Source of the DNA: Octopus vulgaris
Lineage: Eukaryota
DNA: 64,000 bases
Assembly (NCBI GenBank): GCA_951406725.2
Contig: OX597820.1
Span: 38,378,001-38,442,000, forward strand
Direction of reading: 5' to 3'
Notes under the pieces: generated by a model
Database searches by the model: none
The model's input: only the letters and a program-made list of their open reading frames with translations
What the model was told of the DNA's origin: nothing
Shown here: positions 14,546 through 29,473 of the stretch, piece by piece
Position numbering within the stretch: position 1 is the first letter of the stretch
Layout: every line of letters begins with the position of its first letter
Position numbers and translations under genes: made by a program

Positions 14546-15338
14546 AGTGAGAGAGAGAGAGAGAGACAGACAGACAGAGACAGAGAGAGAAGCACACACA
14601 ACCACACACGTTTTGCACTTTAGTGTCTATTACAGACATATACGGAAGGCGTGGAGTCAGCGACTGAATACTGAGAGAGAGAGAGAGAGAGTGTGTGTGT
14701 GTGTGTGAATGTCAGAATTGATAAGATAAAGAGAATAAGAGACACACATAAGCAGACAACTCTCACGTGCAAAGTATAAATTGAATAATATTTTACTAGA
14801 ATGTAAAAAAATGCAATAAATGAAAGTGTAACACATAACTGTAAGAAAATCACTCAAAGACACAACATCAAAAATACTATTCAAAGTATGAATGTTCGTG
14901 ATTAGATTAAATATTATGTTAAGACAGATCATTTCGGTGATACACAAATTAGATTATTCTTTTAGAAGTAAGTCTGAGAGAAATAGAAATACAACGTCAT
15001 TTATTAAATTCATCAATTCCCAGTTAAATATGAGAAACTAATTATGACTTTATTTAATCTTAGCTAAAATTATATAGAATAAAATTATATTAGATATTAT
15101 GATTATTCATCTCGCTCAGATGTATATACAATAATACAGACATAAGCATATGTATGTATGAATATACACGAATGTGTCTTTACATATATACTTATAGATA
15201 TATGTATGTGAGTCCATATACATTTACATTTATCATTATGGGAGTTTATCCTTCTGCCTCACTCTATTGCTCTCTCTCTCTCACTCACTACACAAAATGA
15301 CACACTCACACACACATATGCATACATGCTTACATCTC

Positions 15339-15427
<89 letters not shown>

Positions 15428-15588
15428 ATCTAGCTAGCTACCTACGTACCTACCTAACTTTCTATGTATCTGTCTCACTCTCTTTCTGTTTCTTTCTTTC
15501 TTTCTCTCTCTCTCTGTCGCTGCATCCCTTCATCCACGCATCCATCCACGCATCCATCCATCCATTCATCCATCCATCCATCCATCCA

Positions 15589-15621
<33 letters not shown>

Positions 15622-16035
15622 GCATGCATGCATACATACATATATGTTTACTATATATTTTGAAAGGGAATTTGGTAGCGCCACCTCTAGCCGAACACTT
15701 ATTCTGCGCTGCTGAAAGGAAATAACCCGAAAATCGAGATACACAGATATTATTTTGAGCTGAATAATATAAGGAAGTATAAGAACAGAGATCGTGTCGT
15801 TTAGCGACCTGGAGACGATGTCTCCAGGGGCTAAATTACAGCAACATTCGTCCTAAACCAGGACTGCCATGTTATGCTGGCAAACATCTTTACTCCAAAG
15901 TACTGTTGCTGAATATCTCTCGTTGTGAGATTAAAAATAGTAATTTTCTAACTCTGATTATATTTCTGATTGGCAGCTACCTATACTCTTTGTCTGTCTC
16001 TCTGTCTGTCTGTTTGTCTATCTGTGTATCTATCT

Positions 16036-16097
<62 letters not shown>

Positions 16098-16176
16098 ATC
16101 TATAATCATTAACACATGTATGTATATGCACACATAAATACACACACATATATTTACATGCATGCATGCATACATG

Positions 16177-16223
<47 letters not shown>

Positions 16224-16565
16224 GCGTATATATAATTTACATAGAGGAATCTAAAGAGACATCAGTTTTTTGAGTTAACATAATTGAGTTGCGAAATGTA
16301 ATATCCTTCATTTCCTCTCCTTCCTTTTCTTTTGACATAACGATTGTCAGCAGTGTGCATTTGTTGAAATTAATTACATTTAATTATTTAGAAATCGTAT
16401 TAGGAACAGATAAATTGATTTAGCAATTTCCTTTCGACAAATCCAACACCCAATGTTTCTGGAAATCGCAGCTCCTTACTCACAAGCTATTTAATATTTA
16501 ATTTTTAATCTTGATTATTCTTGAAACCAGCTTACACCAAATAGAACAACTAACACCACTAAAAA

Positions 16566-16803
16566 CCAAAGTGAGAATCTGTACATGATTGCTCGACCTG
16601 GTAGAAAAAATCAGCTAAATTCCGGCTAACCCACTCATGAACATTACAAAAATGATACATATAAGGTAAATAGCTTATAAAATACCAAAGTGAGAACCTC
16701 TACATAGTTTTCGACTTGATAGAGAGAAAAAAAAGCTAAATTCCGCTGAACTCATCAACATTACAAAAATAGATACATGTAAAGGAAATAGCCTTGATAC
16801 ATA
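16566..16803. repeat. Diverged ~119 bp tandem duplication
   Basis: ccaaagtgagaa...gctaaattccg...aacattacaaaaat..gatacat...aatagc occurs at 16566 and again at 16685. Confidence 0.7.
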
Positions 16804-19527
16804 CAAAAATAATGTGAGATAGTCTATCCTGGAATTTGCTAATCATAGTTACACCCAATCAGTGCTGAGCTGGGATAAACCAACAACAGATCTATCTACT
16901 AGCCAAGGACAGGAATTTCTTAGCGGGTCAGACTGCAGGAAATAATAAATCAAAATCCCTTAGATAGAGTTTACCTTCTTAAAATACATAAATACCCACT
17001 GGGTGGTAATAATTACCATTATTGATAGGGCTTCGAGAAATATTTGCTTGCAATTTCTATCAGGTTGGTCAACTATGCAGATGATCTTCCATTGCTCTGG
17101 TTAAGGTTTCTGGCAAAACAAATGAAGGATGATACAGGCATTTGGGATTGAATTATTTCGTCAGTATTCTAGGGCAATATCTGATTTTTGTGTGCAGATC
17201 ACTTTCCATAACCTATCACCTTTCTTCGTTAAAGAAAATTATATAGGAATAATTGATAATATTGTCCTCAATAAATTTATGGTAAACATCTCTTCTTTAA
17301 TATAATATTATAGAATTAACGTAATTGACTTTTTATTTCATTTAAGGAAGTAGAATACTACATAAATAAGGAAAACTAAATATAGCCATGTTCTAAGAAA
17401 TGAATTGGCTCTAATCGAGTGATATGGCTTTCATCAGAGATTGAAACTCTACTAAAGTGATGTCTTGACAGGAACCCCAATGACAATATTATTAAAAGAC
17501 AAAAGCTATAGAAACCTGAACATTTCCCTATCATACATCTGATGCCATTGCGAAAGTAAATAGACACAGAATAGAATTTTATATCATTCTTAACGGAAGA
17601 TCGCCTTAGGTGAAGTATAATAGAATTACGGGAAACATTTTTTATCTTTTTATTCTTTTTTATTCATAAATACAGACACTAGCTATCTCGTTTATTTATG
17701 AAGAATATGAGACTAACTTTAATGTATTCTGTACTAACAACATAATCTTAGTGACGTCTTGACGGTTAATTTAATATCATATGCACGGCTTTAGTTGAAG
17801 TTATAAGATATTTTCTTACAAATCGGTTGGATGATTAATGACAAACTGACAGCTACTTATAAACTTTTGCTGATGTTTAACCTCTGGTCAGTTTTGATAA
17901 AGCAGACCTATGATCCAAATGCATTCCAACTTTGTCCATGTCATCTTTCCTATTTGTTTGGGACACAGTGTATCTGGAAACAAAATCCAATGTGTTCTTG
18001 TAATTTCTTTCTCCAGTTAATCATAGTTTGTGGGAGAAACACGAGCGATGTCTCTTATCGCTCGAGCATCATCATACTACTAATTTTTCGTTACAATTCA
18101 CAGTTGAAGTTTCCGAAAATCATACACTACCCTCCCAATATAGTAAGGGAACATTGCACTATATCGTCTTCTTCTTCATACTAACTTGGAACAAAATGAC
18201 ACAACCCTTATGGCCGGAAGGCTTTTCCTCATAGATCAGCTGAATCAGAATTAGATTATAATGAAGCAATCTTAACAAAATCATGGTAATTAATTATAGT
18301 GAGTTATAATAAGCCAGTAAAAACTGAAATATCTTGAGTAGTCCGAGTGCATTCTCGTCTCTTCTCCGGCTAGTCATAACGCTCTCCATTAATACAGGAT
18401 TAATGAAGTTAAAGAAAGTTTAACACAATGATAACATTCTTGCACATACAAGTTATTGTTGAACAATAAATAAGTTCTAATTGAGCAGATATATGAATAA
18501 ATGAATTCTAATCCTCATTCTGTATGTTTTAAACATATTGTATTCAGAGCAACATTTTGTACATATTTTTTCAAGATGATAGTTTATGATTGAAAATAGA
18601 TTTAGGTGTTGCATCTTGCAGCATGGGTGACCTTTTGAAGCAGAACAAATTACACTTCATAAACCCTTTTTTGTCACAGTTCCTACGTTACTAAGACAGT
18701 AAGTGGGTTGTTATTAGAACATTGAATAAAATGCTTCACAGCATTTATACGAACTCTCTGCGCCTTGTGCTCTAAGTTCAAATGCAAGTACGATCAAATG
18801 ATCTATTGGTCTTTCGATAACAATATCATGTTACAACTCGTGTTGTAGTTCGAATGAATTGTAAAATTTCTGGCAACATTTTGCATTCCCCAAATAATGT
18901 CTGCGGTGGCAATGTGCGAAGCTCTATCGACCTGTATGTAGCCACTATTCTCTAGGATAAATTTAGTTGCATTGTGAAAATAAAATTTCTTGTATGGAAA
19001 ACTACGAATCTTCCACAAAATTGGTGGTGAAATCTGGCAGATACACGGTCAATCTGGTTGATGAGTTTCCAATGCCATGTTATTAAATACTGATGAGTAA
19101 TGCGTTAGTGTGCTGTTTGTAACATCTTGAATATTTAATTCACATTTTAACGTGGTTTATATACTATTACAACTACAGAATTATCGAGTGTTGGGAAACT
19201 TCCTCGCCATATGAAGTATGATGCTGTTTGTTTCCAATTTAATTGTCGCTAATTGTTGTGTGGACGCCCCCAGATGATGAAGTAGACTAGCCCAATATGT
19301 AGATATAGAGGGAGAAGTCTAGACGTCGTGGAAGAGTAGAGTTGAGTAGCAGTTGGTAGACTAGAACAGAGTAGCGTAGAGTAGCGGTAAGAGTAGAAGC
19401 ATCCGAACGTGCGACATAACTCTAACATTAACTTTGTGTTTTATTTTGCTAGTCAAGTGCTCAACTCGTTTTAGTCAATAACACATTACCCTAAATCTTT
19501 TGACTGATCGTCAGTATTAGAAATCTA

Positions 19528-19964
19528 GGATCTTTTCGGTTTGAACAGCAGTTTTTAACATAATTTCTAGGTAACTAAAATATTTTAAACTTCGTAGAAT
19601 GGTAGAATGTGTTTATAAAACATCTTTTACTCTTGGCTTTATTGAGAAAATTCTATAGTTTGTAAGATATTTGTTGTTTTTTTTCTTTTTTTCTGCAATT
19701 TCAACCAATCAAATACGTCCATTTAGGTAAAAACATTCTGAACCGTATGAATATGTCCCTCGTTTAAGAAACAAATTAGGTTTATTTACATTTGTAAAGA
19801 AAAAGGATACCTTCCCCTACTCCTAACCCTAACCCTAACCCTAACTAACCCTAACTAACCCTAAAACAGATTGAAATGCAATAGATCGATGCTAGGGTCA
19901 TAATTATGGGTGACAATTTCATATGACACCGCTAGAAAAACTGCCGTTCAAACCGAAAAGATCC
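19528..19964. mobile_element. MITE with 29-bp TIRs and probable 8-bp TSD (Merlin-like termini)
   Basis: TIR ggatcttttcggtttgaac(a/g)gcagttttt at 19528-19556 and inverted at 19936-19964; flanks gaaatcta / aaaatcta; internal (CCCTAA)n-like tract. Confidence 0.85.
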
Positions 19965-22689
19965 AAAATCTATTAGAAATTTATTAAATGAAAAGATGAG
20001 TTTGAAGAAATTGCCGTATTTATTGATTTATTTATGGTTTGAATTTGGTAGAAATCAACTTTACTGTAACTTATAATGTACATAATTAAAAGTTCAATAT
20101 ATCAATGAGGAGAGTTGTTAGTATATTAGATAACGATTACTGGGTTTTCTTAGTTCTACCTGCTGTAATCCAAACAAGGATGTCATTATTATAAAAAAAA
20201 AAAGACGATGCATGGCGTGTATTCAATAAAATGAGTATTTCTTTTATGCTACATAAATCCTCATAGAAAACATACACAAGCAAACAAAAAAGTAATATAC
20301 ATATTCCCGATACAACATTATCATTTAAACAGTTTAGCTTTACTTTATGTAAAGTGGTATATCTCGTAAATGTATTGGAATATTTTCGCTTCCCTGACCA
20401 TAATTAATACCTCACAGGAAAACGATTCACAGCTGATAGTTCGGATAGTTTATCAAACAAGGCCAAGCTTTGTGTAACCATTCAAATGAAATACCATCTA
20501 CAATCAGTAAATAATATCCGTCTTTGAAGTAGACATAACTATAAAATGCAAGAATCCCTGACCTATAAAATATAACGTGAAAAGCGATAATATTTATTGA
20601 TAATATTTAGCAATGAAAGAGGCAAGTACCATAGAATAAAAGGTAAGTTATTCAAGACGAGCCATCATGCGCTTTCGATCCACGGTTTAAACTTCACGTA
20701 CTTCTCAGTGGAAAAGTGTAAGAATGTCGCACATTACAATATTTAGCTGCAAAATTGGGAAATTGATAGAATCCTCATATTTGTATATAGAATAATTCAT
20801 GTCTTCTGACACTATACTCTGAGTTGAAATCTCACCGAGGTCGAATATCCAATTCACTTTTTCAGGGTCGTCAAAGAAGTGTATTGGCGGAAATGCAAAA
20901 CCGTCAGACGGGGTACCTTGCGATCTCTGTCATACCTCTTTGCATTCTGATTTCATATCTTGTCATAGGCTATTTGAGTAGTAAGCTATTGAGTAGTAGA
21001 CTTCATCCGTCTCCTGGTGAACTGCTACAAGCATCGGAGCTAGGTCACTGGCTTGAGGGTGATCTAACTCAGTCTCAGAGACATTCCATAAAGTTATGAA
21101 CACTGTCTTCACTCTTGCTTAAGAGAAACAAATATTACAAATATCGTAGCATGAATGACACACAGTCAACAAGGAAATAACTACAACCGAATTTCAGTTT
21201 CTGATTGAACTCCCTTGTATGAGAGCTACAGAAATAAATTTGGTGGGAGGATAAGATCATGAAAATACACAAGAGGCACCAGCATTTAACCAAGTGACAA
21301 ATATAGATATGCTCAGTTTTGTGACATAAGTTTTATCTAAATAATCATGATGTTTTCTCTCTTAGAGATGAAGTAATCTTTAGCGTCGAAATTGATCTCA
21401 TTCATACTGTCAACATAATAGCCGATGGTTATAATTTTACAAGAAACACTAAACTCAATGTGTAGCAGTCTACCGAACTGAATATATGTTACACGAGAAA
21501 GCACAACTAACTGTCAAATTCAGAGAAGGCACCATAAACATAATGACTACTTCATAGGCTAGCATTGGTGACATATAGCGCTTTGCATCTCCCTACATGG
21601 AGTAGAAGTCGACATAACTCCACGCTGTGGTTCCTCACTAGAAATTAAAAAAATACATTAGCATTTTTATCTTTATAAACTGAGATGGAGTAATATAAGA
21701 TAAGAACTACAATATCATCTCAAGCGCTCAAACCTGACCTCCTGCTTTATAGGAAATATTTCGAAGAGAAAAAATTCCTAGTAAACACCAACTAATTTTT
21801 TATGTTTAGGTATCTTATGGGGTACTGTAGTTTGGTGTTTCATTCCGCAGATGTAGTGGAGTAATTTGATTGTTTTTTCTTTTAAGAATGAGTCTCACAT
21901 CTCGCAGAAGACAAAGTAACTCATATTATTGCATCATCCATACCACGAGATACAGCTTCTTATTACACTAAGCAATCCAAAATAGTGGAGCTGATAGTGC
22001 GTGAATTTCTTTCATATAGTTTCTTTGCTATTCAGGATCACACATTTATTCAGGCAAAGCGTAATCTAAATCATTGCAATAAATTTTAACGGATTGAAAA
22101 AGAATGAAAACAACCAGAAAAAAAAACACAAATAAAAGTAGTAGCCAAAGAAGCAGCAGCAAAAACAGCAAGATCACAAACTCTATTTATTTTCTCCTCG
22201 TACAACAAGGGTTTTTAACAGTCTTCCTTAAATTAATTGTGCCTGGTTAATTCCTCTAGTCATTTATTTTTGCAGTAATTGATTTGAGGTCATGCTGGGA
22301 CATGACCTCAAAGTGTCTAGATAATCAAATCGGTCCCTGTACTTATTCTATTTCACAATTTGTTGCGGATTCATCAAGTTCTGCAGGTGTAACAAAGTTA
22401 GAGCTGGTTGTCTTGCAGTTAGAGACGAACGTGGATATAAAATGTTTCAATTAAATATCGCATCATATACTTCATACTTTAAGGTTCTGACATCTCCTCT
22501 GCCCATGCTAACGCAACCAAAAATAACGTAAGAATTCTCCCGAGTATAGTACAAAATTGAGCCTGAATTTATTTATTAATTAACATACTTCTTTCAAATC
22601 TTATATGTTGGTAGACTCTATCTCTGTATGTTGGTGCCATTTCGCTTAATGTAAATTATGAATGATGTAATTCTTTTCATACTTGAACT

Positions 22690-23030
22690 CACTTCTCTAA
22701 CGATCTGTGAAAAAGTTCAAATCTGCACTGTTGTACCTACTTCTTGCAAATCACTTTCACGTCATCAAATATTGTTCCCCTGGGGACTGTCCGCCATCAT
22801 TCTGAACAGGTGGAAGTCGAAGTGTTTGAATGTGGACAGTGTAGTAGAAATGTGAACAATAATCAACCTTCTTTGCTGATTTCTCGCTCAGTTGTGAAAG
22901 CCGTGTGATATCACTTATCATGATGAGTATAGATTGTCTTGAGATCGGTGCCTAAATGCTAATGCCTTCTTAAAGTTTGTTGAATATCGAAATGTAATGC
23001 TTGCTGTTCACGGAACATTTGCTTCTGTCT
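22690..23030 (-). pseudogene. Strongly decayed mariner transposase catalytic-domain fragment
   Basis: Minus-strand pieces SVNSKHYI, HHDK.YHTAFTT and DFHLF occur in mariner order. Confidence 0.5.
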
Positions 23031-24139
23031 GGAACTCATTATTTATCTGCAATAAAAGAGAAGAAATGTTATCGTAGAGGAAGAGTTACTCTTCTCTACA
23101 AACATATGCATTATGAACAACGTTAGTTACGTAAGAAAAAATAATGTCCACTTTTCCATTACTTTTGTTACAACACTCTTATAATCATGCTTGGTGAATG
23201 TTGAAGAAAAAGCTAACACTAAATAAGATGAACAGTGATAAAATTTCGACTTCCGATAAAATCTTCTCACTACGGTTGAAACGGTACCTCACTGGAAAAC
23301 GCATAAACATAGCAATATCCAATTTCCTTTCCACAAAAGAATGAATAAACAGCAGCAAAAATAAAGAAAAAAACTTACAGAACCTAAAATCAGAATCAGA
23401 TATAACGCTTTCTAAATTCAGCTTTCAGTATACTTAACACGTTTACTGGTGCAAAACGAAATTTGAATAAGTTTTAGTTTAATGTTTGATGGATTGGAAC
23501 AAGGAAATGAATGTTAATATGCTTGTGCCTCGAAAGCGATGTATGCAATACACTTGACTGGCTGCAATCTGAAATAGAAAAGTTACAAACATTTCTAGGA
23601 AAAGGAAACATTTTCTTGAAGTAAAAAGAAACGAAATAATTTTTTTTTTAATAAAGCTCAAATACTCCTTTTGCTTTACTTGACGAATATTTAAAAAACA
23701 TGAGTGACTATGCAGCTGGAAAACACTAAACTGCAAAACAAAATGCGTAATTTATAAGCAATATGTGTAGCGATAAGATTTCCAAAGCGGAAGGCCCTAA
23801 AGCTATTAATAAAGAGGATTATTGAACTGTTCATCTAAGAGGACAGACAATTTATCGATTTCTTAAATGATAAATGAAAATATAATTTTAGACCATACTA
23901 AATTTCGCTGAAAGACAGTCAATCTAATGTCTTCAGCAATCCTCTTCGGAATTTAATTTGCTCCATAGTGGAATATATTTTGCTGCAGGTTCCAGGTAAC
24001 ATCATGTAATAGAAATTAATGTTATGGATGATTAAAGGTCATATGCTTGGAATAGTGGTGAGATATCGATCACCATTCGAAATTGAATTAAAGAGTTAGA
24101 ATAATGGATGGATGGGAATTTTTATCTGTCTATCTATCC

Positions 24140-24232
<93 letters not shown>

Positions 24233-25208
24233 CACACATAATATATATTTATATATAAAACTGATAAGAGTAGACATTAAATCTTGCCCTTAGCCATATA
24301 TATAATATAGGTGCATTAAGGCTGAGTGTTTAAGACATTCGTTTTGCAAGAAGTGTCCTGAGTTCAATTATACTGCATGGAATATCGGGCAAATGCCAGT
24401 TTTTGCAATCTTGCGTTTACACATTCATTGTAAGCGAAATGTGTCGGTGAAAACCAGTTGATTCCACCTGGATAGATTATGTCAGTAGTTCAATAGTTAA
24501 CTCTCTTAAGTTGTCTTTCATTTAGATTTAAGTCCAAGGTACACTTGTCTGAGCAAAGCTCTTCCTAGCCATTTAATGTTATTTCAGTTGAATCCATCCA
24601 TCCATCCATCTATCTATACATCCATCCATCCATACATCCATTTATCTATCCATCCATCCATCCATCCATCCATCCATCCATCCATCCATCCATCCATCCA
24701 TCCATCTGTATGTGTCTTCATTAATAAACACAATATATATTTTCATGAGCTACTAATAGTTGCATGCAGTGAAAACATTTCAGCCAGCATTTTTAAACAC
24801 GTCTAGTGCCTTCAGGCAATCCTCAGTCTGTGCCTACATGGCATAACGAGCTAAACAGGATGGTAGGATGAAAGAAAAGAAAACAAAACGAGAAAAGGAT
24901 TTGATTCCTTTCCCCCTGCATACAGGTTACATGCTTTTGATCCGTTGACATATGGCGTAGATTTTTCAACTATTTTACACTTTATTTTATGCGGTGTGGC
25001 ATTAGACTTCAAAACCCATAAGTGGCTAGCCGAATTAGTTGTTTTACTTTTGTCCTTCAGACGTAAGGAAGATATGTGGTTAGCATAGCGATTTTCAGAG
25101 TCGCGTTCACAGATCCTGATGTATCATAACTCTTCTTTTCGTTTATGTTATCAACTAGCGTTGCTGTAACTTCTACCACTTATACAACGGATCTAATCAT
25201 GCATGCCT

Positions 25209-25365
25209 GGTCGCGTGGCTCTATGGTAAGAAGCTTTCCAACCACATGATTGTGAGTTCAGTCTCACTGTATGGAGACTTGGGCATGTGTCTTTTACTAT
25301 AGCCTCCGGTCAAGAAAAGCCTTGTGAGTGGATTTGGTGGACGGAAACTTAAAGATGCTCATTGT
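25209..25365 (+). mobile_element. SINE family B, 5' half
   Basis: gtggctctatggtaagaagc...gagttcagtctcactg...gccttgtgagtggatttggtggacggaaact. Confidence 0.7.
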
Positions 25366-25455
25366 AAATATTTGTAAACAAACCCGGAATTTTGATAAGT
25401 TACGGAGAAAGAGCAACTACGGAAGTATTTTTATATAATAATAGCTTTATAAAAT

Positions 25456-25506
<51 letters not shown>

Positions 25507-25681
25507 TATTAATAATTATTATTATTATTATTATTATTATTATAAACATACACCAATTAAAGCGACATTATCTACACAACTGAATGAAAAATTTTGAGCT
25601 TACCCAGGCTAGAATCGAACCCACGGTCAATTGTTTAGATAATGTCGCTTCAATCGAGATATATATATATGATGAATATGA

Positions 25682-26861
25682 TACACACACACATGATAGA
25701 GATAGACACCCCATAAAATATTGTTTTATATTTATTCTAACCTGTAGAGATTTATATTTTTTTAGTAATTGACATTTCTATGCTTCAGGTTCTATATATG
25801 ACTGTTTATCCATGTCATGTACGAAAGAAGCCTTGAAACTGTCTGAATTTCTAAGAGACCATATTCCATATTCCGAAGGTCGACATGGTCAGCAAAAATC
25901 ACAGAAAATCTTAGGATCCCTCTTTCTACTGTTTATAGAGTGCTTGTGCAATTCATGAGAGAAGGGAAGGAGTCCACATCATCTCATCAAGATCAACCAG
26001 GCCCTCTGGCAGGACTCTACTCTTTGCTAAGAGAAGTATGGACGATAATCCTCGTTGTAAGACCTCTGACATAGCAGAAGTTGATGTCAGTCCCTGAACA
26101 GCTGTCAGATATATCCAAAAACTTGGTTACTATGATAGAGAAGCCAAAAGGAAATACCCTTCTTCGACTAACCGACATCGAGCGGAGAATCAATTGGGCC
26201 AGGGAGATGGTGGAGAGCCAACTAGCATTTTGGAACAATGTCATATTCTCCAACGAGTCCAAATTTACTGTATTTCCTGACCGTGGTCGAGTGTGTGTCT
26301 GGAGACTCTGTGATAAAAAATTTGATGTGAAAAGATTGTAGCCAATAATCAAACAGTGCAGCTATTCTGTGATGGTTTGGAGAGCAATTGGGAGCAATGT
26401 TTGATCAGAACTGGTGGAGTGTGAGGGAAACATAAACTCAGGGTCTTTCCAATCTTCTGCAATGGTGAAATGATTAAATACTTTTTAATTTATTTAAGCT
26501 GGGGCTCCTTGTCATACGGCTAAATTGACCCAAGATTTGTTGGATGAAAATAGCATTAAAAAGCCAGTCACCAGATATGAAACCTATTGAACACTTAATA
26601 AAAAGAACCGGAAAGCATCTTCCAAGCCATATCTTTTGAGATTACTGCATGAAACTTGGCAAGAAATTCCGTGAGGGGACATTACACATTTGATCAGTGA
26701 CACGCCTAATAAGCTCCTTGCATTGAAAAATGCAAAGGGCATGTCTACTAAGTATTAAATATTCACGTTATAACAATTGATAAAAATTTGAATGTATCAT
26801 TTCAGATTTTGAAAATTTTTAATGATTATAACAGTGTTTATCTACTTCTGTCATGCCTGTA
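25682..26861 (+). mobile_element. Tc1-like DNA transposon, decayed
   Basis: ORF 26081-26341 RRINWAREM...WNNVIFSNESKF...VWR, then SVMVWRAI; right end tctacttctgtcatgcctg-TA, with a degenerate left counterpart near 25682. Confidence 0.8.
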
Positions 26862-27849
26862 TACATACATGCATGCATACATATATACATACATACATAC
26901 ATACATGGATAGATGTTTGCTTTTATGTCATACATAAAAATTTAAAATTTAAGTGAAGGATTAGTGAAAACATTAGTGAATATAGTAGAGTACTAGCTGT
27001 TACAAGGAAAAGGTCAACAGATTAATAACCATATATAAATGTATGTGGATGTTTCTGTGTGCGTGTGAGTGTATATACGTATGGGTGGTCATGTTCATGT
27101 TCCACTGTCTGACATTTTAAAATCTTTTGTTTACTTCACAATACCGTGGTAGTACATTTACAAGGAAAGGATAAAACAAGTTCCAGGTATAGACAAAAGT
27201 ACTAGTGGTCGCTTTGATCAACTAAACCACTTCATGGTGGCGTCTCACTGACCTTTATCCAATGAGTGAGACAAGAAAATATATAGATATAAATTTGTTT
27301 AAAAAGTAAAATTACAAATCCCGAACTCAAATGTATACACACACACATACACATTCTCATGCGCATGTATATGTTGTCTTTTTTTGTGTACAAATATGTA
27401 TTAGGAAAAATACCGTCTGAAGCACTTGTAGCAACTCGAAAATATTCTGAATCCATTCAGCCTAGTGATATTGTAGTATATTATTATTGTTCGTGTTAAT
27501 TTTGCTGTAATTCATTTTACATTTTATTTTATGAGAATATTTCTGTCCATCTATTCTATACTTAGTATTTACCTTTAGGAATAAACTTCATTAGTAATAA
27601 CACGGAAACTTATAAAAGTAATTCCATCTTGTTTTAATTACGACATGGATGTAGGAATAATTAATTTAATAATGGTAAGTGAAAAGTTCGCTGAGCCATA
27701 AAATGTCGGGCAATATAATTTTAGTGTCTAAATATTACATTATGCTGTTCAAACATAATATTTAAATACTATTGATATTGTGTTTTCTATTATTTGGCAG
27801 ACTTAAGTGTCGCACCTCGGGTGATATCTTTCATCAATATATGTATGTG

Positions 27850-27931
<82 letters not shown>

Positions 27932-27936
27932 CACAA

Positions 27937-27990
<54 letters not shown>

Positions 27991-28000
<10 letters not shown>

Positions 28001-28740
28001 ATTCGAGACAAAACCACTATTTTAAAACCAAACAAGGAAAGACTTAATCAATACATAAAATTTTAATATAAATTAAATAAACCGCCACTACAAATGTTTC
28101 ATGTCTGCTACCGACAATCTTCAGGTGGATTTTCGATCTAAAATAGCAATATTTTAAAATATAATTTAAAATAATTTAAATTAATAAAACAATAAAATTA
28201 TCAATGAAAGAATGTAAAAAAATAAAAATATAATCTATATATAATCTATATATAATCTATATATAATCAATATATAATCTAAAATAATCTGAAATAAACC
28301 CTATAAACAATTGAATATAAAAACCTATTATAAAAGTTCTCATATTTAAAAAGGTACAAAAACCAAAAAACAACAAGCAAAAAAGCAAAAACCAAAACCT
28401 AACCCCCCCCCCAAAAAAAAACAAAAAAAACAAAAAAAAAAAAATAAACTATATATACACACACATGCTCATACACTCAACACATTACTTATTCATACTT
28501 CCTCACACACACATACAACACTCAATTCATAAACAATATACATATACCCGCTCACACATACATATACATACACATACATACAGAACACGATATATACCAA
28601 TATATAAACACCCACACCTATACAGATAAATAAATTACGCAAACAATCACACACACACATTTTCACACATACATAAACACTCAAAAGAAAACCGAACAAT
28701 TCTTAGCACGTGGATATCAAACATTTAAAACAAATTATGA
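27991..28740 (-). repeat. Inverted pseudo-LTR copy (partner 31804-32540)
   Basis: Reverse-complement match can be followed end to end, from atataatataattcgagacaaaaccac to ttagcacgtggatatcaaacatttaaaa; visible differences are mainly in homopolymer and repeat tracts. Confidence 0.92.
28085..28128 (-). ncRNA. Type I hammerhead ribozyme (family H1), inverted copy
   Basis: Exact reverse complement of 32403-32446. Confidence 0.75.
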
Positions 28741-28765
28741 TACTAGAGATTGTTTTGATATACCT

Positions 28766-29384
28766 ATGGGAGCACCAGATTCTGCACAAGCTACTGATTT
28801 AGTAGGTATTTATCTGTTATCTGAACTCCAATTAGAAAATCTTAAGATAGAGGGTGGTTTATATAGAGATGATCTTCTACTAATTACAAAGAATTGTACT
28901 AAAAGGAATCTAGAAGTATATAAGAAAAAACTATATAGTTTCTTTAAAAGATATGGTTTAAGTATTACTATATATAAGGAGAATTATAATGTTAATTATC
29001 TAGATGTTAATTTTAATCTAATTACAGGTAAAACACAACCATATCATAAAATTAATGAGAACCTTAGGTATATAAATGTTAATAGTAATCACCCAAATTC
29101 TATTAAAAATTCGTTGATTAATAATATAAGTAAACGTATTTCATTACTCTCTTATGATATAGAGATTTTTAATAGACATGCCACTTATTATAATGAGGCC
29201 CTTAGAGGGGCAGGTTATAATAGGAATATTAAATTTTATAATATTGATGATATAGATTTAAATAATTTTCGAGATAATTATAATAATAATTATAATTTTG
29301 TTGGTATTAGTGGTATAAATATTAGAAATTATAAAATTAAAAATAAAAATAAAAATAATAAAAATAAAAATAAAAATAAAAAAA

Positions 29385-29389
<5 letters not shown>
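28766..29389 (+). CDS. PLE reverse transcriptase, C-terminal part (5'-truncated)
   Basis: (IP)MGAPDSAQATDL, LYRDDLLLI (YxDD), VNYLDVNF, YINVNSNHP motifs of Penelope-type RT. Confidence 0.88.
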
Positions 29390-29443
<54 letters not shown>

Positions 29444-29473
29444 TAAAAATAAAAATACAAAAATAAAAATAAA

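Noticed and set aside
19254-19482. Possible solo LTR (TGTTG...TAACA, gagtag repeats)
   Set aside because: No matching TSD and no second copy in the window.
19822-19864. True telomere or chromosome-fusion scar
   Set aside because: Short, degenerate and internal to a TIR element.
25595-25640. tRNA-like B box (ggttcgattc on the minus strand; similar at ~37690)
   Set aside because: No cloverleaf; more likely SINE head debris than a tRNA gene.
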